A stretch of DNA of 55,361 nt from an uncultured Pelagibacteraceae bacterium (GTDB lineage Bacteria; Pseudomonadota; Alphaproteobacteria; Pelagibacterales; AG-422-B15). Of the stretch, positions 1 to 9,844 are shown in pieces (position 1 is the first letter of the stretch; every line of letters starts with the position of its first letter). Below the pieces are notes generated by a model. It saw only the letters and a program-made list of their open reading frames with translations, was not told where the DNA came from and searched no databases. The position numbers were made by a program, and so were the translations under genes. The stretch spans positions 1-55,361 of the forward strand of contig CACHYW010000004.1 in the NCBI GenBank assembly GCA_902584215.1, given 5' to 3'.

Positions 1-1
1 C

Positions 2-427
2 ATACAACTTTACAATATAGATGTTGAAAATTTAAGTTCTCAATATTTAACATCAATTAATGAATACGTAAATTTATATTTAATTTGGAATAAAGGCTTC
101 GCCTTTGGTTTATTTCAAAATGACATAAGGACTATAAATAATATTTATATGATTTTAATGGCTGTAATTATTTTTGTGGTGTTCATTTACGCCTTAACCA
201 TTAATAGCAAAGTTTATTATTATGGATTTAGTTTAATAATCGGAGGTGCATTAGGTAATCTTTTTGATCGTTATCAGTATGCAGCAGTATTGGATTTTAT
301 TGACGTGCATTATAATAATTTCCATTGGTATGTATTTAATATTGCTGATATAAATATAACTCTTGGATGTATCCTAATAATAATTTTAGAATTGTTTTCA
401 AATAGAAAGAAAAAAAATGAAATATAA
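2..427 (+). CDS. lspA: Lipoprotein signal peptidase II (5'-partial, runs off window)
   Basis: Frame is open from position 2 and reads IWNKGFAFG upstream of the ORF-track start. Also GGALGNLFDR, VLDFI and FNIAD motifs. Confidence 0.95.
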   Translation: MQLYNIDVENLSSQYLTSINEYVNLYLIWNKGFAFGLFQNDIRTINNIYMILMAVIIFVVFIYALTINSKVYYYGFSLIIGGALGNLFDRYQYAAVLDFIDVHYNNFHWYVFNIADINITLGCILIIILELFSNRKKKNEI

Positions 428-1079
428 AATAATCAGTCGATACTTTCTATTGATAGTTTTTTTTATATTTATTTCTTGTTCTAATAATACAGTAAGAGAT
501 TATACTTCACTTAAGCAAAAAGCACTAGAAATACCCCCTGACTTTGAGTTATCACCCCCAGTTGTAAATGACGACTCTGCAAGTGAAGAGCTACCAAATG
601 AAGAAGTGGTAGAAGATATTGAAGAAATACTAACAAGTGATAATAGTGCAACAACTAGTGAAAAGACTGAGAGTTCATCTTTAGAAGATTTCATTGATAG
701 TAATTTTGTTAATGATGAAAAAGAAGAAGTATCAAATGAAGTAAACACAAATGACGATACTGAATCCCTAGATGTTTTGGTAAATGACGACTTAACTGAT
801 CAGGCTACTGATGTCGAAAATAACAATGATACGGAAGAGATGACTCAAGATGTTCAAGCTCAAAATAATGAGTCTCAAGAAACCAATTTTACTGAAGAAA
901 AGTTGCTAGATGAGTTATCAAATGTAGATGATATAACATCGCTTCCAGAAGAAGAGCAGTTGAAGCCTGAGATTATTGAAGAAGAAGTTTATGACGATCC
1001 TACAGTTTACGATGATGACCAAGATTTAAATGATCTTTTGAACAGAGTAGATGATTTACTCAACTCATATTCAAATTAA
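417..1079 (+). CDS. DUF3035-like lipoprotein with long acidic tail
   Basis: Lipobox FISC (Cys21); LEIPPDFELSPP motif; position after lspA as in other alphaproteobacteria; D/E/N/S/T-rich C-terminal ~170 aa. Confidence 0.65.
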   Translation: MKYKIISRYFLLIVFFIFISCSNNTVRDYTSLKQKALEIPPDFELSPPVVNDDSASEELPNEEVVEDIEEILTSDNSATTSEKTESSSLEDFIDSNFVNDEKEEVSNEVNTNDDTESLDVLVNDDLTDQATDVENNNDTEEMTQDVQAQNNESQETNFTEEKLLDELSNVDDITSLPEEEQLKPEIIEEEVYDDPTVYDDDQDLNDLLNRVDDLLNSYSN

Positions 1080-1090
1080 ATATTCTATAA

Positions 1091-2086
1091 ATGTTTAAGT
1101 TTTTTAGAGATCCAAAATGGTTTTACTGGGCATATATTGGTTCTGCAATTATCTTATCGTCCTTATGGATTCAGGTACAAATTGACGTAAAAATTAATGA
1201 ATGGTTTGGTGAATTTTATGACATGATACAAGAGGCGTTGTCAGCTCCTAACGTAATTACTATAGAAGAATATTGGGCAAGTCTTTTATCATTTATAACG
1301 TTAGCTGGCATGTATGTGGCTGTTGCAGTGCTTGTAAGTTATTTTACTAATCATTTTCTATTCAGGTGGAGAACCGCAATGGTAGAATGGTATCATTCCG
1401 TTTATGACAAAGCCCGCAAAATTGAAGGGGCCTCACAGAGAGTTCAAGAAGACACAATTAAATTCTCAAGAATCATGGAGTCTCTTGGAACGAGTTTGAT
1501 TGAAGCATTAATGATACTAGTTGAATTTATGCCAATTTTATTTGGCCTCAGCATTGGAATTCCAATATTTTTCTTTGGTGAATGGGAATATGGTTTAGTT
1601 GTCGGGGCGTTGGTGTGGTCAATTGGTGGTACGTTATTTTTAATTATTCTTGGTTTAATTTTAAGACTAGTTGGAATTGAATATGATCTTCAAAAACAGG
1701 AAGCTGCATATAGAAAAATGTTAGTAATTGCTGAGGATGATGAGACTGTAAGACCAAAAACTCTTGAAGAATTGTTTGATGATGTAAGGCAGATACATTT
1801 TTTAAGCTACATAAGATATCTTTACTTTGACATTGGACGTGTTGCATTTTTGCAGGCAAATGTTTTATCAGCATATGTATTTTTAGCACCCGCAATTGTT
1901 GCAGGCGTTGTTACTCTTGGTGTTATGCAGCAGATAATCAGGGCATTTGGAAGAGTTGAGGGATCAATGCAGTATCTGCTAAAAGCATGGCCTACTATAA
2001 TTGAGCTCGCAAGTGTTTATAAGAGACTAAGAGAGTTTGAAAGGCAAATTGATGAAGTTTTAATTGAAGAGGAAACTCCAGTATGA
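1091..2086 (+). CDS. sbmA: SbmA/BacA-family peptide transporter
   Basis: MFKFF N-terminus; FRWRTAM, IEGASQRVQEDT, QKQEAAYRK and WPTIIELASVYKRLREFE motifs. Confidence 0.88.
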   Translation: MFKFFRDPKWFYWAYIGSAIILSSLWIQVQIDVKINEWFGEFYDMIQEALSAPNVITIEEYWASLLSFITLAGMYVAVAVLVSYFTNHFLFRWRTAMVEWYHSVYDKARKIEGASQRVQEDTIKFSRIMESLGTSLIEALMILVEFMPILFGLSIGIPIFFFGEWEYGLVVGALVWSIGGTLFLIILGLILRLVGIEYDLQKQEAAYRKMLVIAEDDETVRPKTLEELFDDVRQIHFLSYIRYLYFDIGRVAFLQANVLSAYVFLAPAIVAGVVTLGVMQQIIRAFGRVEGSMQYLLKAWPTIIELASVYKRLREFERQIDEVLIEEETPV

Positions 2087-3111
2087 AAATGAATTATTCA
2101 TTCTTAGATTTTGAGAAACTTGAAAAAAAATTCCTTTTATCAAGTGAAATCATTTCTCAAAAATTTGAAAATATTGTTGTTATTGGCTTTGGAGGATCAA
2201 CGCAAGGCTCAAAAGCTATTAATTCCTTTTTAAATGAAATACGAGTAATTTATATTGATCATTTACATTCTGATATTATTGATAAATTACTCGTAACTTT
2301 GAATTTAGAAAAAACAGGGTTCATTTTCATCTCTAAATCTGGCAAAACTTCTGAAACATTATCTATTTTTGAGTACTTGATAGACAAATGCAAAAATAAA
2401 ATAAATATCTCAAATCACTTTTTTTCTTTAACCGAAGATAAACAATCTCAACTTCACGACTTTTCGTTACAGCACTCAATGAAATCTATTGAGCATGATC
2501 CAGATATAGGAGGAAGATTTTCTATATTCAGCAATACATCTCTTATTCCTGGGTTTTATTTTAATTCTGATTTGTGCAAAAATTTTCTTGAGGGTGGCAG
2601 AGAAGCTACGGAAGAAAAAGGTTTAGCTGAAGATTTGGCTGATCAGTTAAGTCAGTCTATGAAAAATAATAAAAATATCGCAGCATATCTTATTTATGGG
2701 CATGAATTACTGGAAGTAGGTAATTGGAAAAAACAACTTTTTGCTGAATCGCTAGGCAAAAATGGAAAAGGATTTATGCCAGTTGTTTCTGAGATGACAA
2801 AAGACCAGCATAGTATTCTTCAATTATTTCTAGACGGGCCAAGGAATGTATTCTTTGAAATCATGAGTATGGAGAGTGATAAAGTGAATTTAATAAATAT
2901 GACACTTTCTAACCATATGAGTGCAATGAACGAGACACTTATAAAACAAGGCCTTAAACCAAGAATTTCAATATTTAAGGAGAATGATGTTAATAAGCTG
3001 GGTTTTTATTTTTGTATCGAAATATTAACTGTTATTTGCTTGGCAAAGCTTCTTAATGTAGATCCTTTTGTTCAGGAAGCCGTTGAACTTCAAAAAAATA
3101 ATTTAAGTTAG
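2083..3111 (+). CDS. pgi: Glucose-6-phosphate isomerase (shortened)
   Basis: GFGGS, SKSGKTSET, IGGRFS, QLFAESLGK, DQHS and DPFxQxAVExxK motifs. Confidence 0.8.
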   Translation: MKMNYSFLDFEKLEKKFLLSSEIISQKFENIVVIGFGGSTQGSKAINSFLNEIRVIYIDHLHSDIIDKLLVTLNLEKTGFIFISKSGKTSETLSIFEYLIDKCKNKINISNHFFSLTEDKQSQLHDFSLQHSMKSIEHDPDIGGRFSIFSNTSLIPGFYFNSDLCKNFLEGGREATEEKGLAEDLADQLSQSMKNNKNIAAYLIYGHELLEVGNWKKQLFAESLGKNGKGFMPVVSEMTKDQHSILQLFLDGPRNVFFEIMSMESDKVNLINMTLSNHMSAMNETLIKQGLKPRISIFKENDVNKLGFYFCIEILTVICLAKLLNVDPFVQEAVELQKNNLS

Positions 3112-3672
3112 TCTATAGAAAGAAAATTTTGATATACCCAACTCTTTAACTCTTTCTATTTTTAGCTCTGGGATTAATATATCTTTTGATTTTCTCTCCT
3201 CTTCAATAACCAGTATAGAGTCTTTGTTTATAAGTTTTTTCTTTAGGATATTTTTTATAGATCTGGCAACTAAGTTTTTATTATAGGGGGGATCTATATA
3301 CACCAAGTTAAATTTTGGCTTGTCAGAAATAGATTCAAATGAGCATGCATTTTCGTTTAGAACAGATATTTGATCAGTCAAGCCTAATTTATTTGCACTC
3401 TTATAAATTAGATTAATTATTTGATCATTGTTTTCAACCATTGTGGCACTGTTGGCGCCTCTTGATAAAGCTTCAAAACTAAATGAACCTGTTCCTGCAA
3501 ATAAATCTAGAACATTTGATTTTTCAATTTGAAATCCAGTATTAATTATTTCTTTACCATGCGTAAGAATATTAAATATCGTTTCTCTATTTTTATCAGA
3601 TAATGGTCGAACATCTTTATCTTTATGACTAAAAATAGAATGTCCTTTTTTTGACCCGCTAATAATTCTCAT
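3103..3672 (-). CDS. rsmD: 16S rRNA m2G966 methyltransferase
   Basis: MRIISG start; LDLFAGTGS, EALSRGA and DPPY motifs. Confidence 0.95.
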   Translation of the reverse strand: MRIISGSKKGHSIFSHKDKDVRPLSDKNRETIFNILTHGKEIINTGFQIEKSNVLDLFAGTGSFSFEALSRGANSATMVENNDQIINLIYKSANKLGLTDQISVLNENACSFESISDKPKFNLVYIDPPYNKNLVARSIKNILKKKLINKDSILVIEEERKSKDILIPELKIERVKELGISKFSFYRLT

Positions 3673-4360
3673 ATATTTTGACTTTTTTTAATTTACTTCT
3701 CTCTAACGATCCTAATTTATAAGCCCCATAAGATATTCGGATGAGCCGAGTAACAGTTATATTTAATGATTCGAAGATATTTCTTATTTCCCTGTTCTTG
3801 CCCTCGAGTAATGACATTTTAATCCAAGAGTAGGTCTTAGTCTTGCTAATGAGGCTTACTTTTATAGGCTTGTATTTTATATGCTTTATTTTAAGTCCTT
3901 TTGATAATCTATCTATGAAATTTTTATCAATAAATCCCTGTACCCTTACCTTGTATACTCTTTCAAAATTATTTTTGGGTAATTCCATGTTTCTTTTAAA
4001 TTCTCCATTATCTGTAAATAGCAATAATCCCTCAGTGTTATAATCTAATCTTCCAATTGATAATAAATTTTTTTGTTTAGGTCCTAAAAAATCATAAACT
4101 GTTTTTCTATTTTTATCATCAGACTTAGTAACTAGGCACCCCCTAGGCTTATGAAAAATATAAAGTGAATTTAGTTCAGTAATTTTCTTAATTTTAATTA
4201 TAGTTTCATCAATGCTAATTTTATTACTTAGAGAAACTTTTATTCCTTGTGTAGTCAGTAATTTCCCATCTACTTTAATACGACCTTCCATAATGAATTT
4301 ATCAATCTCTCTTCGAGAAAAATCAGTTGATCTTGCGAGAACTTTATTTATTCTTTCCAT
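3659..4360 (-). CDS. rluB: RsuA/RluB-family pseudouridine synthase
   Basis: N-terminal S4 domain (ERINKVLA..SRRE); HKPRG, GRLDYNTEGLLL and EGKNREIR motifs. Confidence 0.85.
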   Translation of the reverse strand: MERINKVLARSTDFSRREIDKFIMEGRIKVDGKLLTTQGIKVSLSNKISIDETIIKIKKITELNSLYIFHKPRGCLVTKSDDKNRKTVYDFLGPKQKNLLSIGRLDYNTEGLLLFTDNGEFKRNMELPKNNFERVYKVRVQGFIDKNFIDRLSKGLKIKHIKYKPIKVSLISKTKTYSWIKMSLLEGKNREIRNIFESLNITVTRLIRISYGAYKLGSLERSKLKKVKIYENY

Positions 4361-4409
4361 TATTATTGTTTAGTTTTTTGAGCAATATTTAAGTTACAAT
4401 TAAATATTT

Positions 4410-4862
4410 ATGACACAAAATACATTTATGGAACAGGCAATAATAAATGCTTACAAAGGACTAGATTTGGGAGAGGTACCAGTCGGTTGTGTGATTGTGA
4501 ATCAAGATAATGAGATAATTTCCCAATCATATAATAAAGTTATAGCGAATAACGATCCCACTGCTCATGCTGAGATTAACGCCATAAGGCAAGCATGCAC
4601 TTCCTTAAAATCTGAGCGTTTAATCGATTGCAGTATTTATGTTACTTTAGAGCCTTGTATAATGTGTGCCGCCGCAATATCGAAATCTAAGTTAAAAAGA
4701 CTATTTTATGGAGCAGATGATATGAATTTTGGTTCTATCAACGGTGGATTTAATTTTTTTCAAACAAAAAATTGCAATCATGTGCCAGAAATTTATGATA
4801 GTATTTCAAAAATTCAATGTGAGAATTTAATAAACGATTTTTTTAAAGGTAAAAGACTATGA
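4410..4862 (+). CDS. tadA: tRNA adenosine deaminase / nucleoside deaminase
   Basis: GEVPVG, DPTAHAE and TLEPCIMC zinc motifs. Confidence 0.85.
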   Translation: MTQNTFMEQAIINAYKGLDLGEVPVGCVIVNQDNEIISQSYNKVIANNDPTAHAEINAIRQACTSLKSERLIDCSIYVTLEPCIMCAAAISKSKLKRLFYGADDMNFGSINGGFNFFQTKNCNHVPEIYDSISKIQCENLINDFFKGKRL

Positions 4863-6064
4863 CAATTTCAGCTAAGGCACAGCAAACAACAGATCGACTA
4901 AACAGATTTATGGAAAAAAATGTTTATCCAAATAATGATACGTACCATAAGCAAATTGAAGACTTCGGTAAGGATCGTTGGCAGGTTGTCCCTATAGTTG
5001 AAGATCTAAAAAAAGAAGCAAAAAAAGAGGATCTCTGGAATTTGTTTTTACCAGACAGCGATTTAGGGCATGGACTGTCAAATGCTGAATATGCCCCCAT
5101 GTGCGAAATAATGGGAAGAGCTATGTGGTCTGCAGAAGTATTTAACTGCTCTGCACCTGATACAGGTAATATGGAAGTTCTAGTCAGATACGGAACTGAT
5201 GAACAAAAAGATAAATATCTTAAACCACTTCTTAATGGTGAAATTCGATCTGCATTTGCAATGACAGAACCAGCCGTTGCATCTTCAGATGCAACCAATA
5301 TTGAAAGTGAGATAAAAAAAGAGGGTAATCAATATGTCTTAAATGGGACAAAATGGTGGACGTCGGGAGCAATGGATCCAAGATGCCAGTTTTACATTTT
5401 TATGGGCAAAACTGATCCTGAGAATGAAAATATTCATAAACAACAGTCTATGATTTTAGTGGATAAGGATACGCCAGGTATTAAAATAAAAAGACATTTG
5501 CCAGTTTTTGGATTTGATGATGCTCCACACGGGCATGCGGAGGTAGAGTTCAAGGACGTAAAGGTACCACCTGAAAATATGTTATTGGGAGAGGGTAGAG
5601 GATTTGAAATTGCTCAAGGCAGACTTGGTCCGGGACGAATTCATCATTGCATGAGAACAATTGGACTAGCGGAAGTTGCGCTGGAGGCCATGTGCAAACG
5701 ATTGATGAGCCGTAAAGCTTTTGGAAAAGAGGTAGTTAGGCATTCTGTGTGGCAAGAGAGAATTGCTGATGCTCGAATTAATATAGAGATGACAAGACTT
5801 TTGACCCTAAAAGCAGCATCAATGATGGATGAGGTAGGCAATAAAGTTGCTAAAAATGAGATAGCTATGATTAAGGTTGCGGCACCGAATATGGCACTTA
5901 AAATAATAGATGACGCGATTCAAGCCTTCGGAGGCGCAGGAGTCACTACTGATCCAAGATTAGCTCAAGCTTATGCCGGCATGAGAACGCTACGTTTAGC
6001 AGATGGGCCAGATGAAGTTCACAGACTCTCAATTGCAAGAAATGAATTAAAAAAATATCTCTAA
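4859..6064 (+). CDS. Acyl-CoA dehydrogenase, ACAD10/11 / LvaC-like
   Basis: [41 protein letters not shown] and [10 protein letters not shown] motifs. Confidence 0.92.
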   Translation: MTISAKAQQTTDRLNRFMEKNVYPNNDTYHKQIEDFGKDRWQVVPIVEDLKKEAKKEDLWNLFLPDSDLGHGLSNAEYAPMCEIMGRAMWSAEVFNCSAPDTGNMEVLVRYGTDEQKDKYLKPLLNGEIRSAFAMTEPAVASSDATNIESEIKKEGNQYVLNGTKWWTSGAMDPRCQFYIFMGKTDPENENIHKQQSMILVDKDTPGIKIKRHLPVFGFDDAPHGHAEVEFKDVKVPPENMLLGEGRGFEIAQGRLGPGRIHHCMRTIGLAEVALEAMCKRLMSRKAFGKEVVRHSVWQERIADARINIEMTRLLTLKAASMMDEVGNKVAKNEIAMIKVAAPNMALKIIDDAIQAFGGAGVTTDPRLAQAYAGMRTLRLADGPDEVHRLSIARNELKKYL

Positions 6065-6066
6065 CT

Positions 6067-6234
6067 TTGATAAAAAAAAAGAAAATATTCCAAAAAGACA
6101 AGTATGGACGTTACATAAAGTCCAAAGAGTTTGATCTATACTGGGATGAATACCATGAACTTGAGGACATCTCAATGAAAGAATCAGTTAGACAGAAGAT
6201 TGAAAGAACAAAAAAAATCGAAACTAAAGAATAG
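6067..6234 (+). CDS. Hypothetical small protein, 55 aa (not in ORF track)
   Basis: TTG start 2 nt after the ACAD stop. Reads MIKKKKIFQKDKYGRYIKSKEFDLYWDEYHELEDISMKESVRQKIERTKKIETKE* and fills an otherwise empty ~160-bp gap. Confidence 0.55.
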   Translation: MIKKKKIFQKDKYGRYIKSKEFDLYWDEYHELEDISMKESVRQKIERTKKIETKE

Positions 6235-7468
6235 TATCTAAAAAATCTATTAGTCGATTTACTTCCTGAATATTATTATAATGAACCATTGAAACTCTAA
6301 CCACACCATCATTTGGTTCAATTCCTAATCCCTTCAAACACCTCCATGCATAAAACTCACCATTGCGAATTCCAATTTGATTTTTACCTGCAGCTTTTAC
6401 AATTTCAAGTGAACTTTTGTCTTTCACAGTGAATGAGACAGTGGGCATTCGTTCACTTCTCGAGTGTGAAGTTTTGCCAATTAATCTCACATTTTTTTTG
6501 AGCTTTAAGAATTCAATAAGTGTTTTGATTAGTGCTTCTTCGTGGCTATAAATTAGCTCAAAAACTTTTTTTCCTTTTTCATGAAGGTTTAATTTTTGTT
6601 CTGTAAAATGATGACTGAAAAGTGTTTCATAGTAATCTGTGACTCCTGACAAACATGCCAATTCCTCGTGGTTTGGACCTCCTGGGTTCATTGTGTATGG
6701 TATCTCCGATGCTAGAAATTCGTGATTTAAGTTTTTAGTTTGATCAAGAAGTTCTTTTTTCCCATATAAGAGGGCTAAATGCGGGCCATATGTTTTGTAG
6801 AGGCTGAATCCATAGAAATCGATGTCTAATTCTTTTAGATCAATAATATCATGTGCCATGTAAGCCACTCCATCACCGACTACTTTTATGTTGTGATTAT
6901 GAGCTATTGAAATTATTTCTTTTAAATTATTTATTGAAGCCACAACATTTGATGTATGGCAGACACAAATAAATTTGGTTCTTTTTGTTATTAAATTTTT
7001 TAAATCTTCAACTTCAAGTTCAGCACTTTTTGGATTAAACTTCCATTCCTTAATATTAATTCCTTTTTCTGCAAGTTTCCTCCACGACCCAATATTTGCC
7101 TCATGGTCTTGATTGGTTACAATTATTTCATCGTCAGTTTTAAGCCAATCTTTTATCGCATTAGACAGCAAAAACATATTCATGGTCGTTGATGGACCTA
7201 TAATAAATTCATTTTTTGAAATATTTAACAGTTCTGCAATTTTCTCTAAACTGTTATCCATTTCGTTTCCTGCTTCAATTGATGGACCAAAGTCACCATA
7301 AGGTTGAACTTTCTTTGTAATCATAAAATCATTAAGCTTTTCAATCACATGCTTTGGAACATATGTACCCCCTGCATTTTCAAAAAATGCAAAATCAGCA
7401 GTTTTTGGATTTTGAAAAACAGGAAATTGTTTTCTCACGAAGTCTATATCTAATATATTTCTACTCAA
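6224..7468 (-). CDS. Class V PLP aminotransferase, cysteine desulfurase-like (VC1184-type)
   Basis: FENAGG, DHEANIGSW, DGVAY and SLYKTYGPH (PLP Lys). RNGEFYA stands in place of the SufS RxGHHCA. Confidence 0.88.
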   Translation of the reverse strand: MSRNILDIDFVRKQFPVFQNPKTADFAFFENAGGTYVPKHVIEKLNDFMITKKVQPYGDFGPSIEAGNEMDNSLEKIAELLNISKNEFIIGPSTTMNMFLLSNAIKDWLKTDDEIIVTNQDHEANIGSWRKLAEKGINIKEWKFNPKSAELEVEDLKNLITKRTKFICVCHTSNVVASINNLKEIISIAHNHNIKVVGDGVAYMAHDIIDLKELDIDFYGFSLYKTYGPHLALLYGKKELLDQTKNLNHEFLASEIPYTMNPGGPNHEELACLSGVTDYYETLFSHHFTEQKLNLHEKGKKVFELIYSHEEALIKTLIEFLKLKKNVRLIGKTSHSRSERMPTVSFTVKDKSSLEIVKAAGKNQIGIRNGEFYAWRCLKGLGIEPNDGVVRVSMVHYNNIQEVNRLIDFLDTIL

Positions 7469-7469
7469 A

Positions 7470-8534
7470 TTATTTAATTCCTTCTACAATACTCCAACCA
7501 AGCTTACCTAATATTGGGACAAAAGCCTCATAATTTTTCGCTTCAGAACTTGAAGCAGTTCCATCTCTTACCCGACCTACAATGCCTTGAGCTATACCTG
7601 CAAGTCTAAATATATTATATGCCATATAAAAATCCCAATTATCAATTTTTTCTCTTCCTGTTTTTTTATAATAAAGTTCAGCATACTCACTCTCTGATGG
7701 AATATTGAGTGACTTAAGATCCGATCCCATCATCCCCAATCCCTTAGCGCCCGCTGGCAATCTCCATGACATCATATGATATGTAAAATCAGCTATTGGG
7801 TTTCCTAAAGTAGACAATTCCCAGTCTAATATTGCCTTCACTTCATGAGTTGTAGGGTCGAATATCATATTGTCCAATCTGAAATCCCCATGAACTATCG
7901 AGGTCTCTTGATCAGACGGTATATTTTTAGGTAACCATTCTATCAATTCATTTATCTCGGGTATCCTTTGTGTTTCTGAATCTTTGTACTGTTTTGTCCA
8001 TCTATGAATTTGTCTACCCATGTAGTTTTCGTGTTTACCATAATCAGCTAAATTAACTTTATTAAAATTAACGTTATGTAACCTTGCAATAGTATCATTC
8101 ATAGATAAGTAAATTTCCCTTCTTTGATTTGGATCACATCCTGGTAAAAGAAGTTCCCAATAAATGTTACCAACGACATAGTCCATAACAAAAAAAGGTG
8201 TACCAATTACTGTTTCATCATCACAATAACCAAATGTCTTAGGAACAGGAACATCGGTATCTTGAAGAGCTGTCATTACCCTACATTCTCTATCCACCGC
8301 ATGAGCTGATTTAAGAAGTTTACCTGGTGGCTTTCTTCTAAGTACAAAATTATTAATATTTGTTTCAACTAGATAAGTTGGATTTGACTGTCCGCCCTTA
8401 AATTGAGTTATCTGACTTATCTGTAAATTATTACCAATAAGCTTTTTTAGATAATCATTCAAAGATTCTTTATTAATTTTGAGTTTATCATCAACTTGTT
8501 TTGTGCCTGAAAAAATTTCATTTCTATCAGTCAT
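7470..8534 (-). CDS. APH-family phosphotransferase, ACAD10/11 N-terminal kinase-like
   Basis: FKGGQSNPTY, VLRRKPPGKLL..AHAVDRE, HGDFRLDN and LDWELSTLG motifs. Confidence 0.92.
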   Translation of the reverse strand: MTDRNEIFSGTKQVDDKLKINKESLNDYLKKLIGNNLQISQITQFKGGQSNPTYLVETNINNFVLRRKPPGKLLKSAHAVDRECRVMTALQDTDVPVPKTFGYCDDETVIGTPFFVMDYVVGNIYWELLLPGCDPNQRREIYLSMNDTIARLHNVNFNKVNLADYGKHENYMGRQIHRWTKQYKDSETQRIPEINELIEWLPKNIPSDQETSIVHGDFRLDNMIFDPTTHEVKAILDWELSTLGNPIADFTYHMMSWRLPAGAKGLGMMGSDLKSLNIPSESEYAELYYKKTGREKIDNWDFYMAYNIFRLAGIAQGIVGRVRDGTASSSEAKNYEAFVPILGKLGWSIVEGIK

Positions 8535-9793
8535 GTTAAAGCTTTCTTCCCAATATCTTTTCTATAGTACCCCTCGGGCCAGTCTATCAAGTGAATTGAA
8601 TCGTAAATTTTACTTAAAGCTTTACCAAGCGATGCATTTTTTGCCGTTACAGAGAGGACTCTTCCACCAGTAGCAATAATTTTTTTATCTTTAATAGCTG
8701 TTGCTGCGTGAAATATTTGAAAAGTGTCAGTATTTTCTAAATTATCTATTCCATTAATTACTGTTTCTTTCTCAAATAATCCTGGGTATCCATTCGATGC
8801 CATTACAACTGTTGCACAATGATCATCTTCCCACTTTAATTCATAGTTTTGTAAATCCTTATCAATACAGCTCAGCATAAGTTGAACTATATCACTTTTC
8901 ATTCTTAACATTAAAACTTGGCATTCAGGATCTCCAAATCTAATATTATATTCAACAAGTTTTGCCTTCCCATCTTTAATCATCAGTCCTGCATACAGAA
9001 TACCTTGATATGGGTGACCTAACTCTCTCATGGCATTTAGTGTGGGATATATAATCTCATCATCAACTTGTTTTTTAATTTCGTCTGTAAAGATAGGAGC
9101 AGGTGAGTAGGCTCCCATCCCACCTGTGTTAGGTCCAGTATCATTTTCTCCTATGCGTTTATGGTCCTGAGCACTTTCAAGAGAAATAAATTCAGTACCA
9201 TCAGTACATACAAAATAACTCGCTTCTTCACCTTCCATAAATTCTTCAATGACTGCAGTCATATTTATTCCAAATTTATTTTCAAATATTTCCTTCAGAG
9301 CTTTTTCAGCCATTTCAAAATTATCTGCGACAGTCACTCCTTTTCCAGCAGCCAATCCATTTGCTTTTACTACAATTGGCAAACTTTGTTTTTTTAAATA
9401 TTTCACTGCGTCTTCGAAGTTATCAAAAGTAGAATAGGCAGCTGTTGGGATAGAATAATTTTTGCAAAGATCTTTCATAAAGCTCTTTGATCCTTCAAGT
9501 TGGGATGCATATTTATTTGGACCAAATATTTTAATATTTTTTGATAGAAAATAATCTACTATTCCTGAGACTAATGGAACCTCAGGTCCAACTACAATTA
9601 AGTCAATAAATTTTTCGACACAAAATGAATGAATTGAGTCAAAATCATCAAGGTCTAAAAGTCTACATTCAGCCAGTAGACTTATTCCATAATTCCCAGG
9701 AATACAAAATAGTGATGTAGTTAAGGGACTTCTTGATATTGCATAGCATAGAGAATGCTCCCTAGCTCCATTTCCAAGTACAAGAATTTTCAT
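8531..9793 (-). CDS. purD: Phosphoribosylamine-glycine ligase
   Basis: GNGAREH, VKANGLAAGKGV, GPNTGGMGAYSP and EYNIRFGDPE motifs. Confidence 0.98.
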   Translation of the reverse strand: MKILVLGNGAREHSLCYAISRSPLTTSLFCIPGNYGISLLAECRLLDLDDFDSIHSFCVEKFIDLIVVGPEVPLVSGIVDYFLSKNIKIFGPNKYASQLEGSKSFMKDLCKNYSIPTAAYSTFDNFEDAVKYLKKQSLPIVVKANGLAAGKGVTVADNFEMAEKALKEIFENKFGINMTAVIEEFMEGEEASYFVCTDGTEFISLESAQDHKRIGENDTGPNTGGMGAYSPAPIFTDEIKKQVDDEIIYPTLNAMRELGHPYQGILYAGLMIKDGKAKLVEYNIRFGDPECQVLMLRMKSDIVQLMLSCIDKDLQNYELKWEDDHCATVVMASNGYPGLFEKETVINGIDNLENTDTFQIFHAATAIKDKKIIATGGRVLSVTAKNASLGKALSKIYDSIHLIDWPEGYYRKDIGKKALT

Positions 9794-9844
9794 AAAGTAA
9801 AATTTAAATTAATTGATATATTAGCATAAAAGGAATTAAATTAA

